Assembly (NCBI GenBank): GCA_963822965.1
Contig: CAWGJT010000010.1
Location: 512,001-576,000 of the forward strand
DNA from: an uncultured delta proteobacterium
GTDB lineage: Bacteria; Myxococcota_A; UBA9160; UBA4427
Direction of reading: 5' to 3'
Length of the DNA stretch: 64,000 bases
In this document: positions 34,470-45,190 of the stretch, piece by piece
Numbering within the stretch: the first letter of the stretch is position 1
Layout: each line of letters begins with the position of its first letter
Notes under the pieces: generated by a model
What the model was told of the DNA's origin: nothing
What the model saw: only the letters and a program-made list of their open reading frames with translations
Database searches by the model: none
Translations under genes and position numbers: made by a program

Positions 34470-35329
34470 TCGAGCTCCACGAGCTGACCAAGGTCTACGG
34501 CGACCGCACCGTGGTCGACCGGGTGAGCCTCGAGGTGCCGGCCGGGGAGCTGCTGGTGCTGCTCGGAAGCTCGGGCTCCGGCAAGACCACCACCCTCAAG
34601 ATGATCAACCGGCTGATCGAGCCGACCGCGGGCTCCGTCCGCATCGCCGGCGAGGACACGCGCGGGCTTCCGGGGCACGAGCTGCGGCGTCGCATCGGCT
34701 ACGGGTTCCAGCAGGTCGGGCTCTTTCCGCACCTCACCGTGGCCGAGAACGTGGGCGTGACGCCGAGCCTGCTCGGCTGGGATCGTGCGCGCATCGACGC
34801 GCGGGTGGACCGGCTGCTGACCCTGGTGCAGCTCGACCCCGCGGCGTTCCGCGACCGTGAGCCCGCCGGGCTCTCGGGGGGCGAGCAGCAGCGGGTCGGC
34901 ATCGCCCGGGCGCTGGCGGCCGAGCCCGAGGTGATGCTGCTCGACGAGCCGTTCGGCGCCCTCGATCCGCTGACCCGCGACCACCTGCAGCAGTCGCTCC
35001 AGCGCATCCGCCGCGAGCTGGCCCTCACGGTCGTCTTCGTCACCCACGACATGGTGGAGGCGCTGCTCCTCGGCGACCGCATCGCCGTGCTGCGCGACGG
35101 CGCGCTGGTGCAGATCGGAACGCCGGCGGAGCTGCTGGCCCGGCCCACCGACGCCGGCGTCGCGGAGCTGATGGAGACGCCGCGGCGGCAGGCGCGGGTG
35201 GTGGACGGCCTGCTCGGCGCCGCCGCGGACGCAGGGGGTGCCGGAGACCGGAGACACCGGTGGCTGAGCAGCTCGCGCTCCTGCCCGGATACCTCACGTC
35301 ACACCTGCAGCTCTCCCTCTCGGCGCTGA
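34466..35329 (+). CDS. Osmoprotectant ABC transporter ATP-binding subunit (3' end uncertain)
   Basis: GSSGSGKTT, KMINRLIEPT, QVGLFPH, LSGGEQQRVG, LLDEPFGALDP. Confidence 0.9.
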   Translation: MIELHELTKVYGDRTVVDRVSLEVPAGELLVLLGSSGSGKTTTLKMINRLIEPTAGSVRIAGEDTRGLPGHELRRRIGYGFQQVGLFPHLTVAENVGVTPSLLGWDRARIDARVDRLLTLVQLDPAAFRDREPAGLSGGEQQRVGIARALAAEPEVMLLDEPFGALDPLTRDHLQQSLQRIRRELALTVVFVTHDMVEALLLGDRIAVLRDGALVQIGTPAELLARPTDAGVAELMETPRRQARVVDGLLGAAADAGGAGDRRHRWLSSSRSCPDTSRHTCSSPSRR

Positions 35330-36861
35330 TCCTGGGGGTGGCCTTCAGCGTGCCGATCGGGGTGTGGGTCAGCCGGAACGCGCGCTTCGAGAGCCGGTGC
35401 TCGGGGTGGCGAGCGTGCTGCAGACGGTGCCGAGCCTGGCCCTGCTGGCCCTGATGGTGCCGGTCGCTGGCCGGGCTGGGTGCGCTGCTCGCGGGGCTTC
35501 ACGTGGAGCTGCGCAGCATCGGCTTCCTGCCGGCGGTGACGGCGCTGACCCTCTACAGCGTGCTCCCGATCCTGCGCAACACGGTCACCGGGCATCACCG
35601 GGGTCGACGCCGCCCTGGTCGAGGCGGCGCGCGGCGTGGGGATGACCGAGCGCCAGCGCCTGCTCCGCGTGCGAGCTGCCGCTGGCGCTGCCGGTGATCG
35701 TCGCGGGCGTCCGCACCGCCACGGTCTGGGTGGTGGGGACCGCCACCCTCGCCACGCCCGTCGGCGCCGAGAGCCTCGGCAACTACATCTTCAGCGGGCT
35801 GCAGACGCGCAACTTCACCGCCGTGCTGGTGGGCAGCGTCGCGGCGGCCGCGCTCGCGATCGCGCTGGACGGCCTGGTCCGGCTGCTCGAGAGCGGCTTC
35901 TCGCGAGCGCGACCGCCTGCGGATCGGCGTGGCCGGCGGGCTGCTCGCGGCGCTGTGCGTGCTACGCCGGGGGCGCCTTCGCTCGCGTCGGCGACCGCGG
36001 TCCGGCGAGCGCGTCCCGATCACGGTCGGCGCGAAGACCTTCACCGAGCAGTACATCCTGTCGGAGATCCTGGCCGGCAGGTCGAGCGCGAGACCGGCCG
36101 GGCGACCCGGGTCGTCCAGTCCCTGGGCTCCACGGTGGCGTTCGACGCCCTGCGCAGCGGCGAGATCGACGTCTACGTCGACTACTCGGGCACGATCTGG
36201 GCCACGATCATGAAGCGCAGCAGAGCTTCCCGAGGACCGCGCGCGAGGTGCTCGCGGGGGTCGCCGACTTCGTGCGCGGACCGCTACGGCATGCAGCTCG
36301 TCGGCGCGCTCGGCTTCGAGAACACCTACGCGCTCGCCATGCGCGCGCGAGCGACGCGCGCGAGCGCTGGGCATCGCGACGATCTCCCAGCTCGCCCCAC
36401 GGTCGCCGGAGCTCGAGATCGGCGGCGACTACGAGTTCTTCGTGCGGGCCGAGTGGCAGGCGCTGCGAGGAGGCCTACGGCCTGCGCTTCCGCGCCCAGC
36501 GCGCCATGGACTCGGCGCTCATGTACCAGGCGGTCGCCGCCGGCGAGGTGGACGTCATCAGCGCCTACTCGACGGACGGCCGCATCGCCGCGCTGGACCT
36601 CGTGCTGCTGGACGGACGACCGCGGCGTGATCCCGCCCTACGACGCGATCGTGCTGGCGCGCGCCCGGGCTGGCGGAGGAGTGCGCCCGACGTCGTCGCC
36701 GCCCTGCAGGCGCTCTCGGGGCGGATCGACGAGGACCGATGCAGGCGCTGAACCACGCCGTGGACGAGCAGGGACAGGCGGCCGGGGCCGTGGCGCGGGA
36801 CTTCGTCGACGGGACGCTGAGGGGCGGCGCGCGCCCGGAGCCGGGTGGCGACGCGCCCTGA
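35260..36861 (+). CDS. Osmoprotectant ABC transporter, fused permease/substrate-binding protein (multiple frameshifts)
   Basis: QTVPSLALLAL, LPILRNT, EAARGVGMT, GAKTFTEQYIL, YVDYSGT, LGFENTYAL, AYSTDGRI, IPPYDA. Confidence 0.85.
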
Positions 36862-36930
36862 GGCGCGCCGCCGCAGCGCTACCTGAACCGGCTTCAAGGA
36901 CGAGCGGGGGCACGGACGATGTAGCGGGAC

Positions 36931-37893
36931 ATGGTTCTCGATCTCGTCGCCTTCGGCATCCTCGGGTTCTTCGTCTTGATGGGCGCCCTGCGCGGCGGCA
37001 TCGCCAGCCTGGTGAGCCTGGTCACCCTGCTGCTCTCCTATGCGCCGCGGTGTGGGCCGCGGGCCGCTTCGGCGAGGCGGTCTCCCGCGAGCTCGCGGTG
37101 TCGTCGCTGCTCGGCCCCGCGATCGCGGGCACCGCGGGCTTCCTCGCCGCCGGCGTTGGTCCTCGGTGGGCTGGGCTTCGGGGTGCGGCGCTGGGCCGAA
37201 GGCCTGCGCGGGGACTCGCGCATGAGCGCCGTGAACCGCTGGCTCGGCGGCTTCTTCGGCGCCGATGCGCGGCGTGCTCGTCGTGCTGCTCGTCTCGTGG
37301 CTCGTGATCTGGCTGGACGCGGCGCGCCAGACCGGCGCCTTCGAGGGGCTGGACGCGGTGCCGGACATCCGCCTCTCGTCTGCCGCGAAGGTCACGCAGA
37401 AGGTGGTCGAGGGCGCCGTCGGCGCCGCGCTGGGCGACGAGGATCCCGCGAGCGACGTGGTGGCGCGGCTGGCCTCGCGCCCGGGACCGGCGGTCAAGGG
37501 CCTGCAGGCCATCCTGGCGGATCGGCGCGTCGAGGATCTGCAGCGCGACGGCTTCTTCTGGACCCTGGTGGAGAACGGCGCCTACGACCGGGCCATGAGC
37601 CGGCAGAGCTTCCAGGCCATCGCCCGCAGCGACGACCTGCGCGCGCGATTCGCCGAGGTCGGGTGTGATCGACGCCGACGCCGCGGCGGATCCGGACCTC
37701 TTCCGCGAGCGCTTCGCGGTCGTGCTGGCGGAGGTCGGCCCCCGGGTGAAGGACCTGATGGACGATCCCGACCTCGCGCGCCTCGCGCAGGACCCCGAGA
37801 TCACGCGATGCTCGAATCGGGCGACACCATCGGTCTGTTCCGGCACGAGGGGATGCAGCGCCTGGTCGCGAAGGTGTCGAGTCGGCAGCCTGA
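36931..37893 (+). CDS. CvpA-family membrane protein with C-terminal extension (frameshifted)
   Basis: MVLDLV..ILGFFVLMGALRGG, VNRWLGGFFG..RGVL, then a soluble C-terminal region. Confidence 0.65.
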
Positions 37894-37949
37894 CCGCGGC
37901 CCCGGCGGCGCCCGGACCCTGCGAGCTGGGGCGGGCGTCGAGGGGTGCC

Positions 37950-38695
37950 GCCCGGCGCCGGCGCTTCTTCGCCAGCCGGACGCCGGCAGCCGCCCGGGCT
38001 GCGGGCCGACGAAGCCCGGCCAGCTCTTGCTTCCCGGGGTGACGAGACCCGCGGACATGATCACCTTGAAGGCGTCTTCGACGGTGATGTCCACCTCGTG
38101 GATCTCGTCCTCGGAGCGCCAGCAGGTAGAAGCCCGACGTGGGGTTCGGCGTGGTGGGCACGAAGCAGTTGACGAGCCGCTGGCCGGGCAGCGCCTCGTC
38201 GACGGGGCCGCGCGCCACCCCAGTGGTGAACGCCAGGGCCCAGAGCCCCTTGCGCGGGTACTCGATCAGCACCACGCGGTTGAAGTTCGTATCGCCGGTC
38301 TGGAGCACCGCCTCGAACAGCTGCTTCACGCCGCCGTAGATCGTCCGGGCGACGGGAACCCGCAGCAGCATGCGCTCCCCCACACGCACCAGCTCGTGGC
38401 CGAAGAAGTGACGCACGATGACGCCCGCGAGCAGGATCACGAGGAACGTGAAGATCGCGCCCACGAAGGGCGGCAGGTCCGGCGGATGGTCGAGGCCGGG
38501 CGAGACCCAGCTGATCACGCGCGGCAGCAGCAGGTTGTCGAGACGGGTGACGATCCAGCCGAGGGCCCAGAGCGTGATGCCGATGGGCGCGAAGGCCAGC
38601 AGGCCCGCCACGAAGTAGAGGCGCGTGACGCGGACCAGGCTCCGGCCGAGCCGGGCGAGCATCGCGACCAGGCTCTTCCAGAGACGCATCAGCAT
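37950..38695 (-). CDS. DUF502 family membrane protein (frameshift near 38115; 3' end approximate)
   Basis: FVAGLL..PI.IT, RVPVARTIY..VKQL, VLIEYPRKG, FVPTTPNPTSGF, ITVEDAFKVIMSAG. Confidence 0.85.
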
Positions 38696-38829
38696 CGGGG
38701 TTCGCGCACCTGTCGACTCGCCCGATCCGGCCGATCGGCGCGGCTCGTCCGCCTCATCCGAGGCGGCGCAGGGCTGATCGCGCGCGTCGCGATCTCGTCA
38801 TGACGTCCGCAACGCATCCGCAACCGCAG

Positions 38830-38863
38830 CGCAAGCATTCGCAAGCCGCAAGCATTCGCAAGC
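38830..38863. repeat. 17-bp tandem duplication CGCAAGCATTCGCAAGC x2
   Basis: Read directly; lies just downstream of the pqqA-like ORF, with degenerate GCAA-rich units upstream. Confidence 0.75.
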
Positions 38864-38901
38864 GAAGGCGCCTGGCTCCGGCGCGCTCGCGTCCGGGCCG
38901 T

Positions 38902-39051
38902 TCAGAAGAGCGGCGTGTCCCCGTCACCGGAGTCGGGAGCGTAGGAGGAGATCTCGCAGTCGAGCGAGATCCACTCCACGGTCGGCGGCTCCCAGAGCGA
39001 GGGAGAGTGCGAGGGGGAAGCGGCGTCGCGGGATTCGGGGTTCTGGTTCAT
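38902..39051 (-). CDS. pqqA: PqqA-like coenzyme PQQ precursor peptide, 49 aa, absent from the ORF track
   Basis: MNQNPESRDAASPSHSPSLWEPPTVEWISLDCEISSYAPDSGDGDTPLF*: W-x2-P-x-V-x2-I-x-L-x-C-E-x3-Y pattern matching PqqA. Confidence 0.72.
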   Translation of the reverse strand: MNQNPESRDAASPSHSPSLWEPPTVEWISLDCEISSYAPDSGDGDTPLF

Positions 39052-39059
39052 GGCGCACA

Positions 39060-39088
39060 GGTATAGCAGCTCCCGTCCGGGCGGTCAG
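39060..39088 (-). promoter_or_regulatory. Putative promoter of the pqqA-like ORF
   Basis: Minus strand CTGACC-N17-TATACC with an extended TG motif, 8 nt before the ATG. Confidence 0.45.
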
Positions 39089-40113
39089 CGGAGCAGCACG
39101 TCGCACGCAAATCGGACGCGGCGGACCAGGCGCCCGAGGGCGTTGTGGTGGATGTTCCGGCGCAGCCGGGTCACCAGCTTCCGCTCCAGGCTGTAGCGGG
39201 TCAGGGCGGCGCGCGCCGGGTCGGGGGCCCGCCGGGTCGATGGCGGCCAGCTCGAGCTCGATCTCCCGGCGCGTATAGCCCCAGGTCGCCAGGTCCTCGT
39301 CGCCCAGGGCAGCCAGGATGCGCTGGTACTGGGCGATCTTCTCGGGCGCGCCCCGCAGCTCCTGGGCCCACTTCCCCAGGGAGGCCGTGGTGGGGCGGGT
39401 CTGCCGGGCGACGGTCATCGGGTCGCCCAGCCCGCGCGCGCTCTGCTTGGCGCCTTCTCCGTCCGGTCCCCGGGGCTTGCCGTAGTCGATCATGTCCGGC
39501 TCGAAGGCCACGCCGGCGAACTCGCAAAGGCGCGCCACCTCGTTCTCGGGGTCGCCCACCAGCGTCCTCGTAGCGGACGTGGCGGATCGGGACCGGCGCT
39601 TCGCGCAGGAAGCGCGCGATGGCCGGCACGTAGCGCTCGAGCAGGGGCTGGTGGCGGTGGGCGGCCTCGGGGTCGCCGTCGAAGAACGACTCCACGTACG
39701 AGGACCAGACCGCCATGGGGTGGCGGGTCAGCACGAGGTAGCGGGCATTCGGGTAGAGCTTCGCGACGAAGTCGAGCACGAGCGCGTAGGCCGGCGTCTT
39801 GTCGAGCAGCAGCCGCCGTCCGCTCGGCGCGAGCAGCTGCGCCGTAGAGGCTGTCGGTGCAGGCGCGCAGGGCGGCGAGGAAGCCGGCCTCGCCGTCGGG
39901 CAGGGCCTTCACCAGCTCCTGCATGGCCAGCTGCGTGATGATCGGGTCGTAGGGGGCCTGGTCGACCCGCGCGTAGTAGCCGAGGTGCGCGAGGGGCGTG
40001 AGCAGGTGGGGCTCGTCGGGCGCGTGGATGGCGCTGTGGCTCCCGAGCATGCGGGTGAGCAGCGTCGAGCCCGAGCGGGGCGGCCCGATCAGGAAGAGCA
40101 GCTTGTCCTGCAA
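39085..40113 (-). CDS. Sulfotransferase family protein (frameshifted)
   Basis: [17 protein letters not shown] loop, [31 protein letters not shown]. Confidence 0.85.
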
Positions 40114-40146
40114 CGGATCTCTCCTTCGGAGCGCGGGGCTCGGGGC

Positions 40147-41517
40147 TCAGGACTCGAGGCCGTGGCTGTCGGCGACGCCGGCGTAGAAGCGCGCGGAGTC
40201 GCTTCAGGGTGCGCTCGCCGGTGGCGAAGTCGACCCAGCACAGGCCGAAGCGCTCGCGCGTAGCCCTGCGTCCCACTCGAAGTTGTCGAGCAGGCTCCAG
40301 GCGTGGTAGCCGCGCACGTCGGCACCGTCGCCGATCGCCCGGGCCGTGGCCGCCAGGTGGCCCGCGCAGATAGTCGACCCGCCGGTCGTCGTCGATCGCG
40401 CCGTCGCTCGTCGGGTCCGTCGGCGTAGGAGCAGCCGTTCTCGGTGATCTCGAGGACCGGGCGGTCGTAGTCGCGGGTGAGGCGCATCAGCATGTCGTAC
40501 AGGGCGTCGGGCCAGACCTCCCAGCCCGCGTCGGTCTGCGGCCCCTGGTCGAGGCCCATCGGGCGCACGGGCAGGGCGCCGACGCGAAGGGATCGTCCTC
40601 GCGGGCCTGGACGCCGACCCGCATGTAGAGGTTGATGCCGATGAAGTCGAGGGGCGCGCGCAGGCGCTCGACGTCTCCCGTCCCGGATGCCCATGGCTCG
40701 CGCGGGCAGGCCGTCGGCGTGGACCGCGGGATAGCCGCCGGCCGAGGGCCGGATCGAGGAACCAGGCGTTCGTGATGCCGTGCCAGCGCTCGGCGGCGGC
40801 CGCGATCCGCCTCCGTGTCGCCGCATGGGTACGCACGGCGAGAACGCGAAGGCCGAGCCGATGCGGGCGCCGCCCGCGGCGGCGCGCATCGCCTGGAAGG
40901 CCCGGGCCTGGGCGAGGTTCACGACGTGGCTCGCCGGCAGCCAGGTGTCGAGACCCGCGCCGGCCCGGGCGCGTGGACGCCCGGCCAGGTAGCCCATGGC
41001 CAGGAAGACGCTCGGCTCGTTCAGGATCATCCAGTCCGAGACGCGGTCGCCGAGGGCGCGCACCACGATCTCCGCGTAGTCGGCGAAGCGCCCGGCGGTG
41101 TCGCGTGCGGTCCAGCCGCCCGCGTCCTCGAGCGCCTGGGGCAGGTCCCAGTGGTAGAGGGTGGGGAAGCGGTCGGATGCCCGCCGTCCAGCAGGGCGTC
41201 CACCAGGCGCCGGTAGTAGTCGAGGCCCTTCGGGTTCGCCGCGCCGCGTCCCGTCGGGCTGGATGCGCGGCCAGGCGATCGAGAAGCGGTAGCTGGTGAG
41301 GTTCATCTCGCGCAGCAGCGCGACGTCCTCGTCGAAGCGGTGGTAGGAGTCGCAGGCGACGTCGCCGGTGTCGCCGTCCTTGACCCGTCCCGGCGTGTGG
41401 CTGAAGCGGTCCCAGATCGACTCGCCCTTGCCGTCCTCGCTGCCACGCGCCCTCGATCTGGTAGGCGGCGGTGGCCGCGCCCCAGTGGAAGCCCTGCGGA
41501 AACCGGATGTGCGCCAT
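40147..41517 (-). CDS. GH1 beta-glucosidase (many frameshifts)
   Basis: [72 protein letters not shown]. Confidence 0.9.
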
Positions 41518-41666
41518 GGCGCGCGAGGATACCGCGCTCGCGCGGCCGGGCCGGAGGTCGGGGGGTATCCTTCCCGGCCGGAGACTGCACCCACCTGTGG
41601 GGCCCGCGGCGCCGGATGCCGCAGCGCGAGGGACCGGGGACGCCGGCGAGCGCAAAGGGAGCCGGA

Positions 41667-42624
41667 TTGTCCGGGAAGATCGAAAGCGAGGCGCGCCGGA
41701 GGGGATCGCGCGAGCGCCGAGCGGAGGCGAGCCGCTGCGGCCGGGCGCCGGCGCGGCGCCGGGCCGGAGCTGGCTCTCCGGCGGCGCCTACGAGTGGCTC
41801 TGGCTGGCCGGGGTGGCGGTGGTCTTCGCGCCCTCGCTGCTCTCGATGTCGCGGGTCTGGTCGAACGTCGAGTACGCGTCCCACGGCTTCCTGGTGCCCC
41901 GTGGCGCTGTGGGCGGCCAGCGCCGGCGGTCGTGCTGCGCCGGCTGCCCCGGGGCCGGGACGTGCGCGGACTCTGGCGCTGCTGGCGCTGGCGTTCGCGC
42001 TGCGGCGTCGTCGGAGTCGGCACGGGGCTGGTGATGTTCGAGGGGCTGGGCGTGGTGCTCGCCGTGGCGGGCCTGCTCCTCTATCTCCGGGGCGCCGCCT
42101 GGCTGCGCGCGCTCTCGTTCGCCGTCGCCTACCTGCTGTTCATGGTGCCCCTGCCCGAGGCGATCCTGACGCCGATGATCGTCCGGCTCCAGCTCTTCGT
42201 GAGCTCGGTGGGCGTGGACCTGCTGCAGCTCGCGGGGGTTCCGGTATTCCGCAACGGCAACGTCATCGAGCTGCCCGGCGGCGCGAGCCTGTTCGTCGCG
42301 GAGGCCTGCAGCGGCATCACCTCCGTGGTGACCCTGCTGCCCCTGGGCGTCTTCCTCGCCTACTTCACCCAGCGGACCTGGCCGCGGCGCGCGGTGCTGG
42401 TGGCGGCGGTGGTCCCGCTCGCCATGCTCGGGAATCTCGTGCGGGTGGTGGGCACGGTGCTGGCCGCGCGCGCGTACGGCGTCGAGGCGGCCACCGCCGA
42501 CGGGGTGCACGAGTGGGCGGGCGTGCTCACCTACGTGCTCGGCTGCCTGGCCCTGCTCGGCGTGGGGCGGCTGATGCGGCTGCTGGTGCCGCCCCGCGGC
42601 CCGGCGAACGCCTCCGCCGCGTGA
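41667..42624 (+). CDS. Exosortase/archaeosortase family protein (frameshifted; start approximate)
   Basis: Multi-[33 protein letters not shown] (Cys), NLVRV (Arg), VHEWAG (His). Confidence 0.85.
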
Positions 42625-43689
42625 CGCCGGAAGGCGCGGCCGAGACCGTCAAGCGCCTCGCGGCGGCCGTGGGCTTCGATCTCGTCGGGATTGCCCCCGC
42701 GCAGCCCACGCGCGAGACGCGCTTCCTGCGCGAGTGGGTGCTTCGGGGCTACGGGGGGCCGCCCGGCGGCCCCCTCGACTACATCCTGCGCCGGCTCGAC
42801 CTGCGCGAGGATCCGCGGCGGGTGCTGTCGGGCGCCCGCAGCGTCGTGGCGCTCGGGCTGGTGTACGACGACGCCGCAGCCGACGCGTCGCCGCCCGGCG
42901 CCGCACGCGTCGCCCGCTACGCGCGCGGGGACGACTACCACGAGGTGATCGGCGACCGCCTGCGCGCGCTCGTCGCCGCGCTGGAGGTCTGGCAGGAGCG
43001 GCCCCTGGAGACGCGCCACTACGTCGACACGGGGCCCGTGCAGGAGCGGGCCCTGGCGGCCGAGCGCCGGCCTCGGCTGGATCGGCAAGAACACCATGCT
43101 GATCCACCCCGCGCTGGGGTCCCACGTCTTCCTCGCCGTGCTGCTCACCGACCTCGAGCTGGCGCCCGATGCGCGCGAGCCGGACCACTGCGGCACCTGC
43201 CGCGCGTGCCTCGACGCGTGTCCCACCCAGGCCTTCGTCGAGCCGCACGTCCTCGACGCCACGCGCTGCCTCTCGTACACCACCATCGAGGATCCGGGTC
43301 CGATCCCCGAGGCGCTGCGCGAGGCCCAGGGCAGCTGGCTGTTCGGGTGCGACGTCTGCCAGGACGTGTGTCCCTTCAATCGGCGCGGCGGACGGAGACC
43401 CCCGCCCGATCCCCTGGGCCTGCGCGAGCGGCTGGCCGCGCGGGAGGAGTGGCTCGCCCCGGCCCTGGAGTGGGTGCTCGGCCTCGACGAGTCCGCCTGG
43501 CGCGAGGCGACCCGCCGCAGCGCCCTGCGTCGGGCCCGCTGGCGGGGGCTGATGCGCAATGCGCTCGTGGTGGCGGGCAACCTGGGGGATCCGCGCCTCC
43601 GCCCGCTGGTCGAGGCGCACGCCCGGGGCGACGATCCGGTGCTGGCCGAGCACGCGCGCTGGGCGCTGGCGCGTCTGCGATCCGCCTGA
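42621..43689 (+). CDS. queG: Epoxyqueuosine reductase (frameshift near 43060)
   Basis: GFDLVG, ARYARGDDYH, VDTGPV.ER, GWIGKN, CGTCRACLDACPT, FGCDVCQDVCPFN. Confidence 0.92.
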
Positions 43690-43747
43690 TGCCGGGGGCG
43701 AGGTCGCACGAGAGGTCGGGGGAGCCGGCTCCCGGTGCCGCCCCGGG

Positions 43748-44338
43748 TCAGGCTCCGCCCGGCTTGCGCGCCAGCAGTCGGGCCGTCACGTCGCCGTCCC
43801 GCGCGCCTTCGTCGTAGGCGCGCACCTCGAGACCCGGAAACAGGCCGCGCAGCTCCTGCGGCTCGAGCAGGAAGGCCGGATTGCACGGGTGGCCCCCGCG
43901 TTCGCGCTGGCCCGTCGTGAACGTCTCGTAGAGCAGCCAGCCGCCGGGTGCCAGCAGCCGCTCGATCGCCGGCGCCAGCGGGCGATAGAGAAAGCGAAAC
44001 ACGAGGACTGCGCCGCAAGACGCCGGTAGAAAAGGAATTTCCAGGCCGGCCTCCAGGTCGAATCGCAGGCACTGGAGGGGCAGTCGCTGCTCGCGTGCCT
44101 GCTCCTGCAGCGCCCCCAGGAAGTCCGCGTTGCGATCCACGGCCAGAGTGGACAGGCCGGCCCGGGCGGCGGCCAGGGCGTGGCGGCCGCGGCCGCAGGC
44201 GAGATCGGCGACGGGACCGCGCCGCGCCGCGTCCCGCAGCAGCAGGAGATGCGTCTCGAAGAAGGGCGAGGGCGCGAAGGGCGCTTCCGGGCTCACGGCT
44301 CCGCGGTGCCGACTGCGAGGGGGGTCACGCGCGGTCAC
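43748..44338 (-). CDS. Class I SAM-dependent methyltransferase (TehB-like)
   Basis: DLACGRGRHA, VFRFLYRPL, LAPGG.L.YETF, NPAFLL. Confidence 0.8.
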   Translation of the reverse strand: MTARDPPRSRHRGAVSPEAPFAPSPFFETHLLLLRDAARRGPVADLACGRGRHALAAARAGLSTLAVDRNADFLGALQEQAREQRLPLQCLRFDLEAGLEIPFLPASCGAVLVFRFLYRPLAPAIERLLAPGGWLLYETFTTGQRERGGHPCNPAFLLEPQELRGLFPGLEVRAYDEGARDGDVTARLLARKPGGA

Positions 44339-45167
44339 CCCGCTCGGCGCGCACGCGGACCGCGCGCTCGGGGAAGTCCGTCACCAGACCGTCCACGCCG
44401 AGGTCGAGCAGGCGCTCCATCTCGGCGGTCTCGTTGATGGTCCAGACGTGCACCGCGATGCCGTGGCGATGGGCGTGCTCGAGCAACGCGGGCGTGACCA
44501 GGTCGCGGTCGCCGAAGGCCGTGGGGATCTGCAGGGCCTGGATCTCGGGCGGCGGCGGCTTGCCCTCGACGGCGGAGCGCACGACGGCGACGACGTCGGA
44601 CACCGATGCGCTGGTGGCGGCGCCCACCCGCTGGCGGGTGAGCTCTTCGCGCAGGGCGCGCATGATGGCGTCGTCCCCGGCCGTCAGCAGCGTGCGCTCG
44701 GCGCGCTCGAAGCGCGCCACCAGCGCGACGACCGCCGCGACGGCGTCGTTCTGGGCGGTCTTGATCTCGAGGTTGAAGCGGGCGGCTGGGAACGCCGCGA
44801 AGGCCTCCTCGACGCTCGGGACCCGCAGGCCGCGCCCGCGGAATGCCGTCGCGTCGTCGGGCTCGGTCCGGCCGCGGTCGTCGATGCCGAAGTGGTAGCC
44901 GGCGTCGAGGCGGGCGAGCGCCTCCCGGGACAGTGCGGCCACCGGGCCCACGCCGTCGCACACGCGCCTCACGTCCGCATCGTGAAGCAGCACGGGCACG
45001 CCGTCGGCGGTCACCTGGACGTCGCTCTCCACGGCGTCGGCACCCTGGGCAATGCAGCGCTCGAAGGAGAGCAGCGTGTTCTCGGGCGCACGGCCCGCGG
45101 CGCCGCGATGACCGAGGATCATCGGATGTCCCGCGTCGAAGGACGAGAAGTAGGGGTGACCCATCAT
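44325..45167 (-). CDS. Glycerophosphodiester phosphodiesterase
   Basis: GHRG..APENTL, ESDVQ.TADG, HD, NLEIK, VHVWTIN, GVDGLVTDFP. Confidence 0.9.
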   Translation of the reverse strand: MMGHPYFSSFDAGHPMILGHRGAAGRAPENTLLSFERCIAQGADAVESDVQVTADGVPVLLHDADVRRVCDGVGPVAALSREALARLDAGYHFGIDDRGRTEPDDATAFRGRGLRVPSVEEAFAAFPAARFNLEIKTAQNDAVAAVVALVARFERAERTLLTAGDDAIMRALREELTRQRVGAATSASVSDVVAVVRSAVEGKPPPPEIQALQIPTAFGDRDLVTPALLEHAHRHGIAVHVWTINETAEMERLLDLGVDGLVTDFPERAVRVRAERGDRA

Positions 45168-45190
45168 CGATACGGTACTCTACCGCCCGC
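45168..45190. promoter_or_regulatory. Putative bidirectional leaderless promoter between the GDPD gene and dcd
   Basis: 23-nt intergenic gap; TACTCT (+, 45176-45181) and TAGAGT (-, 45177-45182) overlap, each 9 nt from its ATG. Confidence 0.6.
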
